Origin: Eledone cirrhosa
Lineage: Eukaryota
NCBI GenBank assembly: GCA_964016885.1
Contig: OZ024741.1
Location: 30,132,001-30,196,000 of the forward strand
Reading direction: 5' to 3'
Length of the DNA: 64,000 nucleotides
The first letter of the stretch is position 1; every line of letters begins with the position of its first letter. The notes under the pieces are model-generated. The model saw only the letters and a list, made by a program, of their open reading frames with translations, made no database searches and was not told the origin of the DNA. Both the position numbers and the translations under genes were made by a program. This document shows positions 44,451-57,249 of this stretch, one piece after another.

Positions 44451-47400
44451 AAACAGAGGATGTGTGTTTGTCTGTGTGTGTGTGGATGCTACATTATTCG
44501 AGGTTGGCGTCTACATCGCTCGCCCGATCTCGCTCAAATTTGCATACATCACTCCTCATGACCCTTTACATTGCTTAGGCTACTTTGATTTTTGATAGGT
44601 ACCCCCAGGGGCCCGCAATCCACCTTTTTGTCTATTTTTGGTGAAATCGGGAGATGGGGTTGCATTTTATGCACGCGTCAAAAATGTTTCCTTTTGAGTT
44701 TTTTGACCCGGTTTTTTGCTAATATGGGCAGAAAAGAGTCTAAATTTTGTTGACGTTTACGAATCATTTCGAAATTCGGTCGAGAGTGAAGCTCGAGGTC
44801 GAATCTCCACTTCGTATATACAGAGACAGGAATAACAGGTCTTATAGTAACATTACCTTCCCCTTCCCCCTTCTTTAGACAGAGAGAGGAAGATAAAGAG
44901 AGAAGTTTTGGGTGTCACAGAAATATTACATTCCCCTCTCCACTTTGGTCAGTGAGCGAACCACTGTTGCTATAGTAACATTACCTTCCCCCTCCCCTTC
45001 TTTATTGAGCGAGGAATATAGAGAGAGAGACGTTGTTGGTGTTACAGTAACATTACCTTCCCCTCTCCACTTACTTTGGTCTTTGAGACCGAGGGAACCA
45101 CTGTTGATATAGTTACAGTTTCACGTGACACAAACCAGTTCCTGCCAGTTCTGACCACCTGGCACCAGTCGAGTCAGTTTTTGCTTTCTTTCGGTCGAGA
45201 AGTGGACAAATTTTCGCCTTGAATCAAAAATAAAATTTCCTGGGCGGCTGGAGGTGGCAGCTTTTATTCTGTTTTGGCAAGACTGCTATCAAAAAATTCT
45301 GCAGATTCTTATCGTTGATTTGAGTGGCCTGCAAAGCTTTGGTTTTCAAACGCTACACTTGCTACTTGGTTAGGCTACTGTGTAGACGTGTGCTTCACTC
45401 TCACTGCATTATATTTTGTGACCTCGCTTTCGGACTTTGCCATTCCCAGTACGTTTTTTGTTTACTTTTTTCTTGCTTCAAATTGTAACAATTTGTCACT
45501 TTTTTTTACCTTCCCCAAAATACTGCTTATCACCTTCGCTTTTTTGCCTTTGCTCTAAACCTGCTTCCCCTTTACTGTTTACTGTACTATTGCAACCATG
45601 CCACTGAAAATAAAGAGTACCCTTAGCCGTAGGAAATCTTCGTCTGTTGTTTCAAAAAAGAGGCGATTGAATGAGCAGTCTACGGATGGCGGACTGCATT
45701 TTTGGCCACAAAGCCCTGTTACTTCGCTTTCAAACTTAAGTACCCCTAGCACAGCCCAACCCAGCGCCTCTCTATCTACGGTTACCGCTTCGAATCGTGC
45801 CATTCGTAATTGTCGGAATGCAGTTGCAACAGCCGCCTCTAGGGCAGCAGAGAGTGACAGCCAAAGAGCTCTTCGTAGGGATAGGAATGATGCAACTACT
45901 ACTGCCTCCAAAACTAAACAGCAAACAGCCACCAGACGGTCAAAGAACGCTGCTTCAACCACCGCCTCCCGTGCCGCAGAAATCGACCAGGAGACAGCCA
46001 TCCGAAGGTCCAAGGACTCCGCCTCCAAGGCAGCTGCCAGAGCATCCCAGACCGAGATACAGACAGCCATCCGAAGGTCCAAGGACTCCGCCTCCACCGC
46101 AGCTGCCAGAGCATCCCAGACCGAGATACAGACAGCCATCCGAAGGTCCCAGAACGCTGTATCTACCGCCGCCTCCCGTACCGCAGAACATCAAACAGCC
46201 CGCCGTGCTCGGTTGGACACAAACAACGCACGAAGAGACACCGCCAGAGGAACAACGAGTCCAAATGAGTCATTTTGGCTTATGAAGGCTTTCAACTACG
46301 ATCCAACAGTAAAATACTCCGACCGTACGGATATTCAACTAGGCAGGATGGATGTCATATGCCAATTCTGTGGTGCAGAGAAGTTGCCCGGAGAACCACC
46401 TGCCCTGTGCTGCTCTAATGGGAAGGTTTCACTTCCTCCTTTGGCGGCCCCTCCAGAACCTTTGCGAGAACTTCTTAGCGGAGAGACCTCTACGTCAACA
46501 GACTTCCTTGGCAACATAAGGAAATACAACTGCGCCTTCCAGATGACTTCGTTCGGGGCCAAAATTGTCCGAGAAAGCGGGTGGATGCCAACCTTTAAGG
46601 TTCAGGGCCAGGTTTACCACTATGTCGGTCCTCTACAGCCTACGCCGTCAGTCAACCCGCCTTCCTGCAAATTTACTTCATAGCTGACTAAAACAAGCAG
46701 GCTGACATGCGCTCATCTGTCATCCCAGCTGATGGCCCTAGAGAGAACCTGGACAGAGACGTCCTCCTTGCGCTGCAGCAAATGCTACACTCCGAAAACA
46801 GCTACGTGCAGAGCTTCAAGTACGCCTTGGAGACTACTGACCTGTCATCGATGCCGACAAAAGACCATCCGGAGAACACGCCCGTCGATTCAACGCGCCC
46901 GCGTGCAACGAGGTGGCAGTCGTCCTTCACGGAGACCAGCACAACCGCCGGGATATCGTCATATCCAACCGTGCAACTGGCCTCCACAGAATACGCGAAA
47001 CACACCGATCCTACGACAGCCTCCAATACCCTCTACTTTTACCCCGCGGCGAGGACGGCTACCACTTCAAGACTCCACGCTGCCAGCCAAACTAGTCCTC
47101 CGTTGCTGCCGCCAAAACCGTGTCCTGCAAGGAATTTTACGCATACCGACTCATGCCTCGGAGAAACTGTTTCAACAGTTTGCACAAATCGCAGGACCTA
47201 CTAAACCAATTTGCGGTGGATATGGAAGCAAAAATGGAGTCAGAACGACTGGCCTTCATTCGAACACACCAGCAGCAACTGCGTAGCGAAAGCTACATAC
47301 ACCTGCGAGACGGCTTGACCAACGACGGGGATCCCCGAAAATTGGCAAGGTCTGCATCCTGCCTTATACCTTCACTGGAGGAGCTCGGTACATGCACGAG

Positions 47401-50400
47401 AAGACTCAGGACGCCATGACCTACGTGCGGGCCTACGGCCGTCCTGACCTCTTCATCACCTTCACGTGCAACCCGAAGGCGGATGAGATCACCCGAGAAC
47501 TTCTTCCAGGGCAGTCATACCACCACCGCCTTGACCTCATAGCGAGGGCTTTCGAGAGGAACATACAGAAAATGAAGGCATGTTGTGCAAAAGCCAACAT
47601 CTTCGGCCCTGCTAGATGCCATACGTACACCGTAGAATGGCAGAAACGGGGCCTGCCTCACATTCATCTGTTACTGTGGCTGCAGAACAAGATCAACTCC
47701 AACGACATCGACAAATTTATCTGCGCAGAGATCCCCAACCCTGCCACCGACAAAGAACTCTTCGACGTCGTCACGACTTCCATGATACACGGACCCTGTT
47801 ATCCGGGTTCTAACCATTCGTGTCAGAAAGACGGGATCAGTAGTAAGAGGTACCTAGGAAATTTGTTTCAGAGACGCAGACAGGGCACGACGGCTATCCT
47901 CTGTACAGGTGCCGGTCGCCTGAAAACGGTGGTTTTACTGCCATTGTAAGGGGCAAGCAAGTCGACAATCGATGGGTGGTCCCCTATTGTCCACTTCTCA
48001 CTTCGACGTTCCAAGCCCACATTAATGTGGAATTCTGTAGCTCAGTTAAATCGATTAAATACGTTTGCAAGTACGTCAACAAGGGCTGCGATTCCGCCGC
48101 ATTCGCCCTCCAGTCCGACCGGGACGAGGTCAGTGAGTACCTATCGGCCCGGTATATAAGTACAAAGGAAGCGTTTTGGCTAATTTTTGGTTTTTCTATC
48201 CATGAAAGGTACCCCAAAATCACAAACCTGGCGGTCCACTTAGAGAACGGACAGCGGGTTTACTTTACGGCCGCAAATGCTGCTCAAGTTGCGGCTAACC
48301 CCAAAGAAACCACGTTAACCGCTTACTTTAAGCTCTGTCACGTAGATGCTTTTGCGAGAACTCTAATTTACCCTCAGGTGCAGTCCTACTTCACTTGGCG
48401 CCGCAATAGCTGGGTACGGCGAAAAACTGGTAAGGCAGTTGAATCGCATCCGGGAGTTAAATTTTCTGACTGCCTCGGTAGAGTCTACACGGTTCCCCCA
48501 ACCCAACCTGAGTGCTTTCACCTGCGCATTCTTCTGCACGAGGTCAATGGGCCGCAAGATTTCTTTGACTTAAAAACAGTAAATGGTGAACTTTGCAACA
48601 CTTTTCGAGAAGCCTGCTTTAGGCTTGGTCTCTTGGAAGATGACTCCCAATGGGACTCGACCCTCGCCGATGGTGCTCTGCTGAAATCCCCACAGAAATT
48701 AAGGGAACTGTTTGCTTTTTTGCTGCACAATTGTGGCTTAGCTAACCCTTCAGCCCTTTGGCTGAAGTACAGGGACGATTTGTGCGAGGACTTCCTCCGC
48801 ACAGCCAAACGGCAAAATCCGTCTTTAGAAGTGGGGTTCACCGAAATCATTTACAACCAAGGGCTAATTTCCATCCAAGAAGAGCTCCTTCAACTAGGGG
48901 GGAATGACTTGCCAACATACGGCTTGCCAGCCGCCAGCAGGGAAAATGTTAGTGTGCTGGGTCCAGATATTCTGTTGGAGACATCTTACGATGTCGCCAT
49001 GTTGACAATTTTCCTACATGAAAATGAACGTAAGCATCTTCCCGAGCAAAGGGGTTGCTTATGAGACTGTCGTTGACAGTGAACTGGGTGGATTAGGTTG
49101 TGTCTTCTTTCTTGATGCCTCTGGCGGTACAGGAAAAGCCTTCGTTACCTCCCTCATTTTGGCGCGTCTTCGACAACAAAATAAGATTGCCCTTGCGGTC
49201 GCCTCATCGGGGATCGCCGCTACCTTGCTGCCTGGAGGGAAGACGGCTCATGCTGCCTTTAAGCTTCCGTTGGACCTCGCACGAACTGATACGCCGACGT
49301 GCAACATTAGCAAGCACTCCGAAAAAGCGGCACTTCTCGCAAAATGTTGCCTCATTGTGTGGGACCAATGCATCATGGCACATAAGGGTGCTCTGGAGGA
49401 ATTAGATAGGAGTTTAAAAGATATCAGGAACTCCTCGGCACCGTTGGGTGGCGTGACTTTACTGCTTTCGGGTGACTTCAGGCAAACGCTGCCTGTTATC
49501 CCCAAAGGGACAAGGGCTGATGAAGTCCGCGCATGCCTGAAGTCGTCGACGCTTTGGCCTATCGTTCGGACACGCCGCCTGAGCGTTAACATGCGGGCGC
49601 AGTTGCTCGGGGACAGCACGTCTGCTGAATTCGGCCAGGCCATCCTAGCTGTAGGGGAAGGCCGACTTCCTTCCAACGAAAAGGGTGAGGTGTCGCTGGC
49701 ATCTGTCAGTAATACAGTTGACAGACCTCAGGCCCTTTTAGAAGCTACTTTTCCAAACCTACAGGTTAACTACACTAACTTATATTGGCTTAGTTCAAGA
49801 GCCATCCTAACCCCCAAAAACTCTGCTGTTAATGCTCTCAACGGAGAGCTACTCGGCAAGATTCCAGCCCAAGAGAAATTTTTTAAGTCTATAGACCGCG
49901 TCACCGATCCACAGGAGGCGACGGATTACCCAGTAGAGTTTTTGAATAGTCTTGACCCCCCAGGTCTCCCACTCCACATCCTGAAGCTCAAGGTCGGCAG
50001 TCCGATTATGCTTATGCGTAACATGCACCCCCCAAAACAGTGCAACGGCACTCGAATGGTAGACAAATCAATGACGAACCATCTCATTGAAGCAACCATT
50101 TTAACTGGTTGTGGTAAAGGTGAGACCGTCATGATCCAACCTTCGACCACGGATATCCCGATAGGTTTTAGGCGACATCAGTTTCCCGTAAGGCCCTGCT
50201 TCGCGATCACCATAAACAAATCTCAGGGTCAAGCTTTGTCCGTGGCGGGCATTCATCTAAAAGAGCCCTGCTTTGCTCATGGCAAACTTTATGTTGCCTG
50301 CTCGCGAGTTGGGAGTAAGGACTCCCTTTTTTCATACACACCCAACGGTATGACCCTACATAGTCTACAAAGAAGTCCTGTAACGTGCATTACCACTGAG

Positions 50401-51109
50401 ATGATTTAACACAAAAAGAGTTTATATATATACAAACACATACACACACTCACATACAGATATATATATATCATTATCTATAAAAGCGAGTGTGTGTGCA
50501 TGTTCCTTTTCTATACGATTAAAAAAAAACACCTCCTTCAATAGAAAATTACTTATCAATATTCGAAAAAGCTTCAATTAGGTCATGCAGAATTTATATA
50601 TTTAAAATTGATCCCCAATTACGCAAAAAAAGCGATAAAACTCAATAATTCACGATATACCTCTCTCATAAATCTGATATCGAAACTGAAGATTACGACC
50701 CTAAATGGTGGACAGTTCGAAATACTGCGGCTGCTGTGCTTCTGGCTGTTGCTCATCTTATTCTATCAGGCTCTTCCAACAAATTTACAGTACTTTATCA
50801 TCCGTTAAAAAAAAACTGTTTTTTGACTGTTTTTTGTTTTCGACAGAAAATTTATTACGATTTCTGTTTACTATTTTTAATATATATATTTTTTTTGTGT
50901 TCCCTTTTTGTGATTTTTGTTGGTTTCTTGGTTGAGAAAAGATGGTAAAACCGGGTTGAAGAGATTTTCATTTTTAAATTCTATTATCATTACAACTTTG
51001 ACATATTTTATGTAAAGTGAATATGAGAAAAAAAAATTCTTCATATTTATTGTTTCCTAATCTGAATAAAAACAGCAGTAACCCGGGCAACGCCGAGTCA
51101 TTCAGCTAG
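44440..51109 (+). mobile_element. Helitron (autonomous type, inactivated)
   Basis: 5' end tatatataaaacagaggatg; 3' hairpin cccgggcaacgccgag then CTAG|T at 51106-51110; Rep-helicase inside. Confidence 0.9.
45598..50409 (+). pseudogene. Helitron RepHel (Zn finger, HUH Rep, Pif1-family helicase), frameshifted
   Basis: CQFCGA...CCSNGKV, PDLFITFTCNP, EWQKRGLPHIH, KYVCKYVNKG, DASGGTGK, GDFRQTLPV, FAITINKSQGQ. Confidence 0.95.
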
Positions 51110-52072
51110 TATATATATAAAACTGAGGATGACTGTGTGTGTGTGTGTGAGTTTGAATCCCCAAAACTCAATAACCACTGAACCCACTGTTTTCAAACTT
51201 TACACATGTAATACTTATGTCTCAGGGAGTGGTCTGAGCAAAAGAAAATTCAAATTTGCATTGCCCTAGGGACCGCATTAGGCGATTTAGCGATCTCCCT
51301 CTATACTTCTTAGTCTTTCTCTTTTTAGATAGATACATACATATAACGTTGCGCCCTTATAATATCTGTCTGTATGACTGCCTGTCTGAATTACGTCACC
51401 TCGACAATTCCCTCTGCGTCCAGAACCCGCCCTTATAATATCTGTCTGTATGTCTGCTGTCTGCTACCTCCTGATTTTCCGCCACCCTGGCTCAGGACAA
51501 ATCTCACATTCATTCGCCAAACAGTTGGTAAGTACACACAACTTCTTCCTCACGTTTTAAGCCACAGTGTTGCTTACTTACGTACCACCAGACCCTTACT
51601 TCTTTGCTAGCTGTGGTTGTGGCAATACTAAGCTTAACTAAGGCGGTTATATATTTCACACAACACTAAAAAAGAAAGTAGGTAACTATGTAATAGTCAA
51701 AATCTTCTTCATACCGTGAGCAAAGGAAATCCAACTTTTAGTGGAGCGAGTGAAATCAAACTTTACACATGTAATACTAAACTTATGTTTCAGGGAGTGT
51801 TCTGAGAAAAAAAATTTCAAATCTTCAAATTGTCAATGCCCCGATTTAGCGATCTCTCTATAATGTTTAGTCTTTCTCTTATTAGATAGATACATACATA
51901 TAACGTCGCGCACTTATAATATCTGTCTGTATGTCTGGCTGCCTGTATCCAGCCATCAGAGTATTCGGTTTATTTTTTTGACATATTGTCGACAGTTTTT
52001 CCACGGTTAGGTCTGTTGGCGACCCGCGTTCGAAAATACCTTATCTCGTGCAACGCCGGGTACCACTGCTAG
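51110..52072 (+). mobile_element. Non-autonomous Helitron in tandem
   Basis: Same-style 5' end tatatatataaaactgaggatg; 3' ctcgtgcaacgccggg...CTAG|T. Internal duplication about 51195-51375 / 51759-51935. Confidence 0.85.
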
Positions 52073-52098
52073 TATATATATATTTATGTATATATATA

Positions 52099-52227
<129 letters not shown>

Positions 52228-52228
52228 A

Positions 52229-52279
<51 letters not shown>

Positions 52280-52280
52280 A

Positions 52281-52399
<119 letters not shown>

Positions 52400-53391
52400 A
52401 TATATGTATATGTGCGTGTGTCGGTGTGTGTATGTATGAATTCATTAATAAATAAAAAAAAATCTATACAAAATACGCACAAACATGTGGGTGAGTGTGT
52501 ATGTGACTCTCTCTCCCTCATTGAGTGTGTGTGTGTATGTGTTTATGTGTTTGTGTGTGTGTATGTGTGTGTACTTGTGATTATAATGGAATTGTTCATA
52601 TACGTATACAAGCCTGTCTGTTACGCAGACACATGACTGCACACACCGTTCCTCTATAACCAATCACAAATTTATACACGCCTTCCGCTTCTAAGATCAT
52701 TGAACTGTTGCAATTAATCAAAATATATTCGTTTCACGTGACCTAATCGATTCGTTTAATCCGCTATGACATCGGCTGTAAACAGGCGAACAAACGTTCT
52801 ATCTCAGATTTATCAAATGACAATGCGATTTAAACTAACTCGTCTCTATGACGTATTTCGATGAAAATCCAAATGTTTGATTGTGTGTGTTGATGGCTGG
52901 TGGTGTTTCTTGGTTGGTTTGAGGGGGTTCGGGTTTGGTTTGTGGGGTTACATGGTTGGTTTGTGGAATTTGGTGATGTGGTCGGGTGATCAGTTAGGCG
53001 GAGCTTTGAGTGCAGGTCAGCAGTTGGTTTTCTGTGTTTTCTCAGTGCTATGTGTACGGGTTAAGGCAATCAGCGGCCTTAGTTACACACACACACACAC
53101 ACACATACACACACACACATATATATATAAATACATGTATATATACATACAAGCATACATAAATACATGTATACATATATAAATATATAAATACATTTAT
53201 ACATGCACACATACGAACATACTTACATATTTACTTAGAAGCAAACTTACACATGTAAGAATGAACGTACGCACATATATAAACACATTTATCCACACAT
53301 ACATACACAGACACATACACAAATAAATGTATATATAATTATAAAATTAAATGTGACCTGCATGCATACATAAACGAATGCATGTATGTAT

Positions 53392-53485
<94 letters not shown>

Positions 53486-54007
53486 ATTGGAAATCAGTAA
53501 AATCGAATCTATGGCGGTTTGCAAGTGAATTCGGCCTACTTATATGAAATGATGAGTTAGCAAAGCACTCGATAAGATAGGTCCTTAGAGTAATAGCATA
53601 CGTTTAAAAAGCTTGACAAATCGAACATTGTGGTAGGCCAAACTAACACACAATATGTATACCAGAGCAACGATAGCACCAATCACCTTGAGAAAAAGTA
53701 CACCTGGACAAATTAGACGAATAGACGTTTAAGACAAATTAGACGAATAGACGTTTAAAGTGTATATATATATATTTAAAAGAATAGAGGTGTAACACAC
53801 AAGTTATGATATATTGGTAAACGGAATAGAAAATGCTTACAAATTGTTCCTAGTGAAAAATAGTTTAATTAGGAATAAGTGAGAATTAGTAATAGTATTG
53901 GTTAGTATTGAGTTTTGGTTTTTACCGGTTGCGCATTTCTAATGCTTTTCAAAAATAATTTTGAGATAGACCGTCCGTGATGTCTGCTCTGATCCTCACC
54001 TCCTACA

Positions 54008-54288
<281 letters not shown>

Positions 54289-54290
<2 letters not shown>

Positions 54291-55165
54291 CGGCGATGAA
54301 TTAGTTTTGCGAGGTTTTTTTATATGAAATCGTGCGTCGAAACAAATATTGTTATACTTGGGGAGGGTCATATTTGTGTAATATTGCCAGAATTAATAAC
54401 AGAACACACTCACTGTTTGGTTGGTTGGTTTTCGCTTTTCGCTTCTGTGTCTTTTATATCGGTAATCTAACTTACTCGGTCCTCAATGTTGCCATTGACT
54501 GACCGACGGTCAAAAATAATACAGATACAATATAGACACAAACACATATATATAGTTTATCATAAATCTTTCGTTGCACATCTGCAACATCGTCAGTGGT
54601 GTTATCGTTTCCTCCTGTTGTATTATATGTCTACGCCATTTTTATTCAGTCTGTCTATATATTTATTTATTTATTTATTTATTTTATTTTATTAATAAAA
54701 TAAAATAAATAAATAAATACATACACAAACACAATAACAACAAGCACATATACACACACTAGTCACCCATCACACAGCAAACAAAACACTATACACACAC
54801 GCAAACGCATGCGCACAGAAGACAAAATAAAATAAACAAACATGCAAATAAATAAATAAATATATAGACAGACTGAATAAAAATGGCGTAGCCAAACAAT
54901 TCAACAGGAGGAAACAATAGAACCACTGACGATGTTGCAGATGTGCAACGAAAGATTTATGATAAACTATATATATGTGTTTGTGTCTATATTGTATCCG
55001 TATTATTTTTGACCGCCGGTCAGTCAATGGCAACATTGAGGACCGAGTAAGTTAGATTACCGATATAAAAGACACAGAAGCGAGAAGCGAAAACCAACCA
55101 AACAGTGAGTGTGTTCTGTTATTAATTCTGGCAATATTACACAAATATGACCCTCCCCAAGTATA
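54289..55165. mobile_element. Non-coding fold-back element family B2: tail 54289-54350, arms about 54353-54690 / 54840-55165, one HHR per arm
   Basis: About 330 bp inverted arms; terminus tatacttggggagggtcat resembles family B1. Confidence 0.9.
54923..54962 (+). ncRNA. Hammerhead with extra nt after A9; antisense twin 54560-54599
   Basis: cca-CTGACGA-t-GTTGCA-gatg-TGCAAC-GAAA-gatt-TA-tga. Confidence 0.8.
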
Positions 55166-55177
55166 AAAAAGAAAAAA

Positions 55178-55256
<79 letters not shown>

Positions 55257-55284
55257 TATATATATATACACACACACACACACA

Positions 55285-55319
<35 letters not shown>

Positions 55320-55323
<4 letters not shown>

Positions 55324-55684
55324 GGATGTATATATAGTGTATTTTGCAATACACTTTATGCTTAATTAAAAGCATTTTGAAGACCGTAAGCTATTGTTTT
55401 AAAGTAGTGACAAATTCACTCACTTTGATCTCAGCAAACAGGGGAGATAAGCCGACAAGACTTGTTTCGCTTTGGTTGAAGCTTATCAAGGCCAACTACC
55501 CCACCTGTTTACTGAGATCATTGATGTTATATTCTTATAGAAATCTAGTAAATAATTTTCCCTGTTTGCTGAAATCAAAGTGAGTGAATTTGTCACTACT
55601 TTAAAACAATAGCTTACGATCTTCAAAATGCTTTTAATTAAGCATAAAGTGTATTGCAAAATACATTATATATACATCCATATA
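55320..55684. mobile_element. Fold-back element (arms 55320-55449 / 55553-55684) with an HHR in the spacer
   Basis: About 130 bp inverted arms within (TA)n. Confidence 0.85.
55451..55492 (-). ncRNA. Hammerhead with U3-A8 compensated core
   Basis: Reverse complement: gcc-TTGATAA-GCTT-caacca-AAGC-GAAA-CAA-gtc-TTG-TC-ggc. Confidence 0.8.
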
Positions 55685-55714
55685 TTTATAGCTATTTCAG
55701 AGCTCCAATTCTAA

Positions 55715-55755
<41 letters not shown>

Positions 55756-56033
55756 CATATTAAATATATGAGTCCATTTTATGCGTGTACACTGTAAATC
55801 CCAACCTTATCTACATGCCTTAAACGTGAAGCAGTACATTCCTTTTGAAATACATACATATATACATATATACATATATACATATATACATACATACATA
55901 CATACATATACATAGAAGTAATAACCGATACATATATATGGGAACTTAAATTAAGATATCGATGGAGAATAATATATATTTGGTTATGTATATGTATGTG
56001 TGTATGTATATGTTTCTGTGTCTATGTGTATTC

Positions 56034-56075
<42 letters not shown>

Positions 56076-56409
56076 GTGTATGTGTATACTTATATATACA
56101 TGTGTGAGTGTGTCTTCGGTATTCACTGTAGTTCAAATAATAGGGAATTTGAATTCCATGACATTTTAACGGAATTTTGACAGGTCGTGACTTAAGGCAT
56201 TTGTTCTGTGATTCAATAGAATCTGTGTAAATTCGAATTTTACTTTTTTACACGCATAATGTTAGCTTTGTTTGTGTCTATATGAATAAGATCAGTTGTA
56301 TGAAAGTCATTTGGCGTTTGCTAAACTATATATATATATATATATATATACATATATACATATATGCAGAGATAAATACATTTATATATCCATTCTTCAA
56401 TCCATCCAA

Positions 56410-56649
56410 ACATACATACATACATACATTCATTCATTCATGCATATTTACATACATACATGCATACATGCATACATATATTCATACATACTTACATGCA
56501 TACACACATACAATCATACATACATTCATGCATATATACATGCATATATACATACATGCATACATACATACATTCATGCATACATACATACATATTTACA
56601 ATGCATACAGTCATACATGCATACACAGATACATGCATACATACATACA

Positions 56650-56683
<34 letters not shown>

Positions 56684-56693
56684 CATGCATACA

Positions 56694-56726
<33 letters not shown>

Positions 56727-56952
56727 GCATACATGCATACATGCTTAGATACATGCATACATACATTCACACATTTATACATACGGTCATACAGACATAC
56801 ATATACACATACATACATACAGTCATCCTTGCATGCATACATACTTACTTACATACATACATACATATGTACACTTATAAATACATGCATAAATACATAC
56901 ATACTTTTATTCATACATACAAACATACATGCACACACACATACATTCATAC
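56410..56952. repeat. Degenerate (CATA)n microsatellite
   Basis: Direct reading. Confidence 0.95.
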
Positions 56953-57249
56953 ATGATGGCTGTATCTCGATTTCAAGAATGCTACCACCTGATCCCCCTC
57001 ACACTCATGAGTGGGGTTAACATGATTCTTTATCCCTGCCAAGGATCTGCACTCCTATATGTTGCAGCGATGAACATAACCTCCACCTTCGTTCCCTCTT
57101 TTGGGGAGCTTTCAATTGAGTTGATACAAGGCTCTCCACATTTTGTCCATGGCTTCTACGATGACGTATAAGAATAGTTTTACTGAGGCAAATCCATCCT
57201 CACTCATTGCACATAAAGTCATTTTGATCATCTGAAAATTCAGCTAAAG

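Noticed and set aside
45985-46170. CRISPR-like repeats
   Set aside because: Contiguous coding tandem repeats without spacers, in eukaryotic DNA.
49018-50409. Host PIF1 gene
   Set aside because: Intronless, linked to a HUH Rep and inside Helitron termini.
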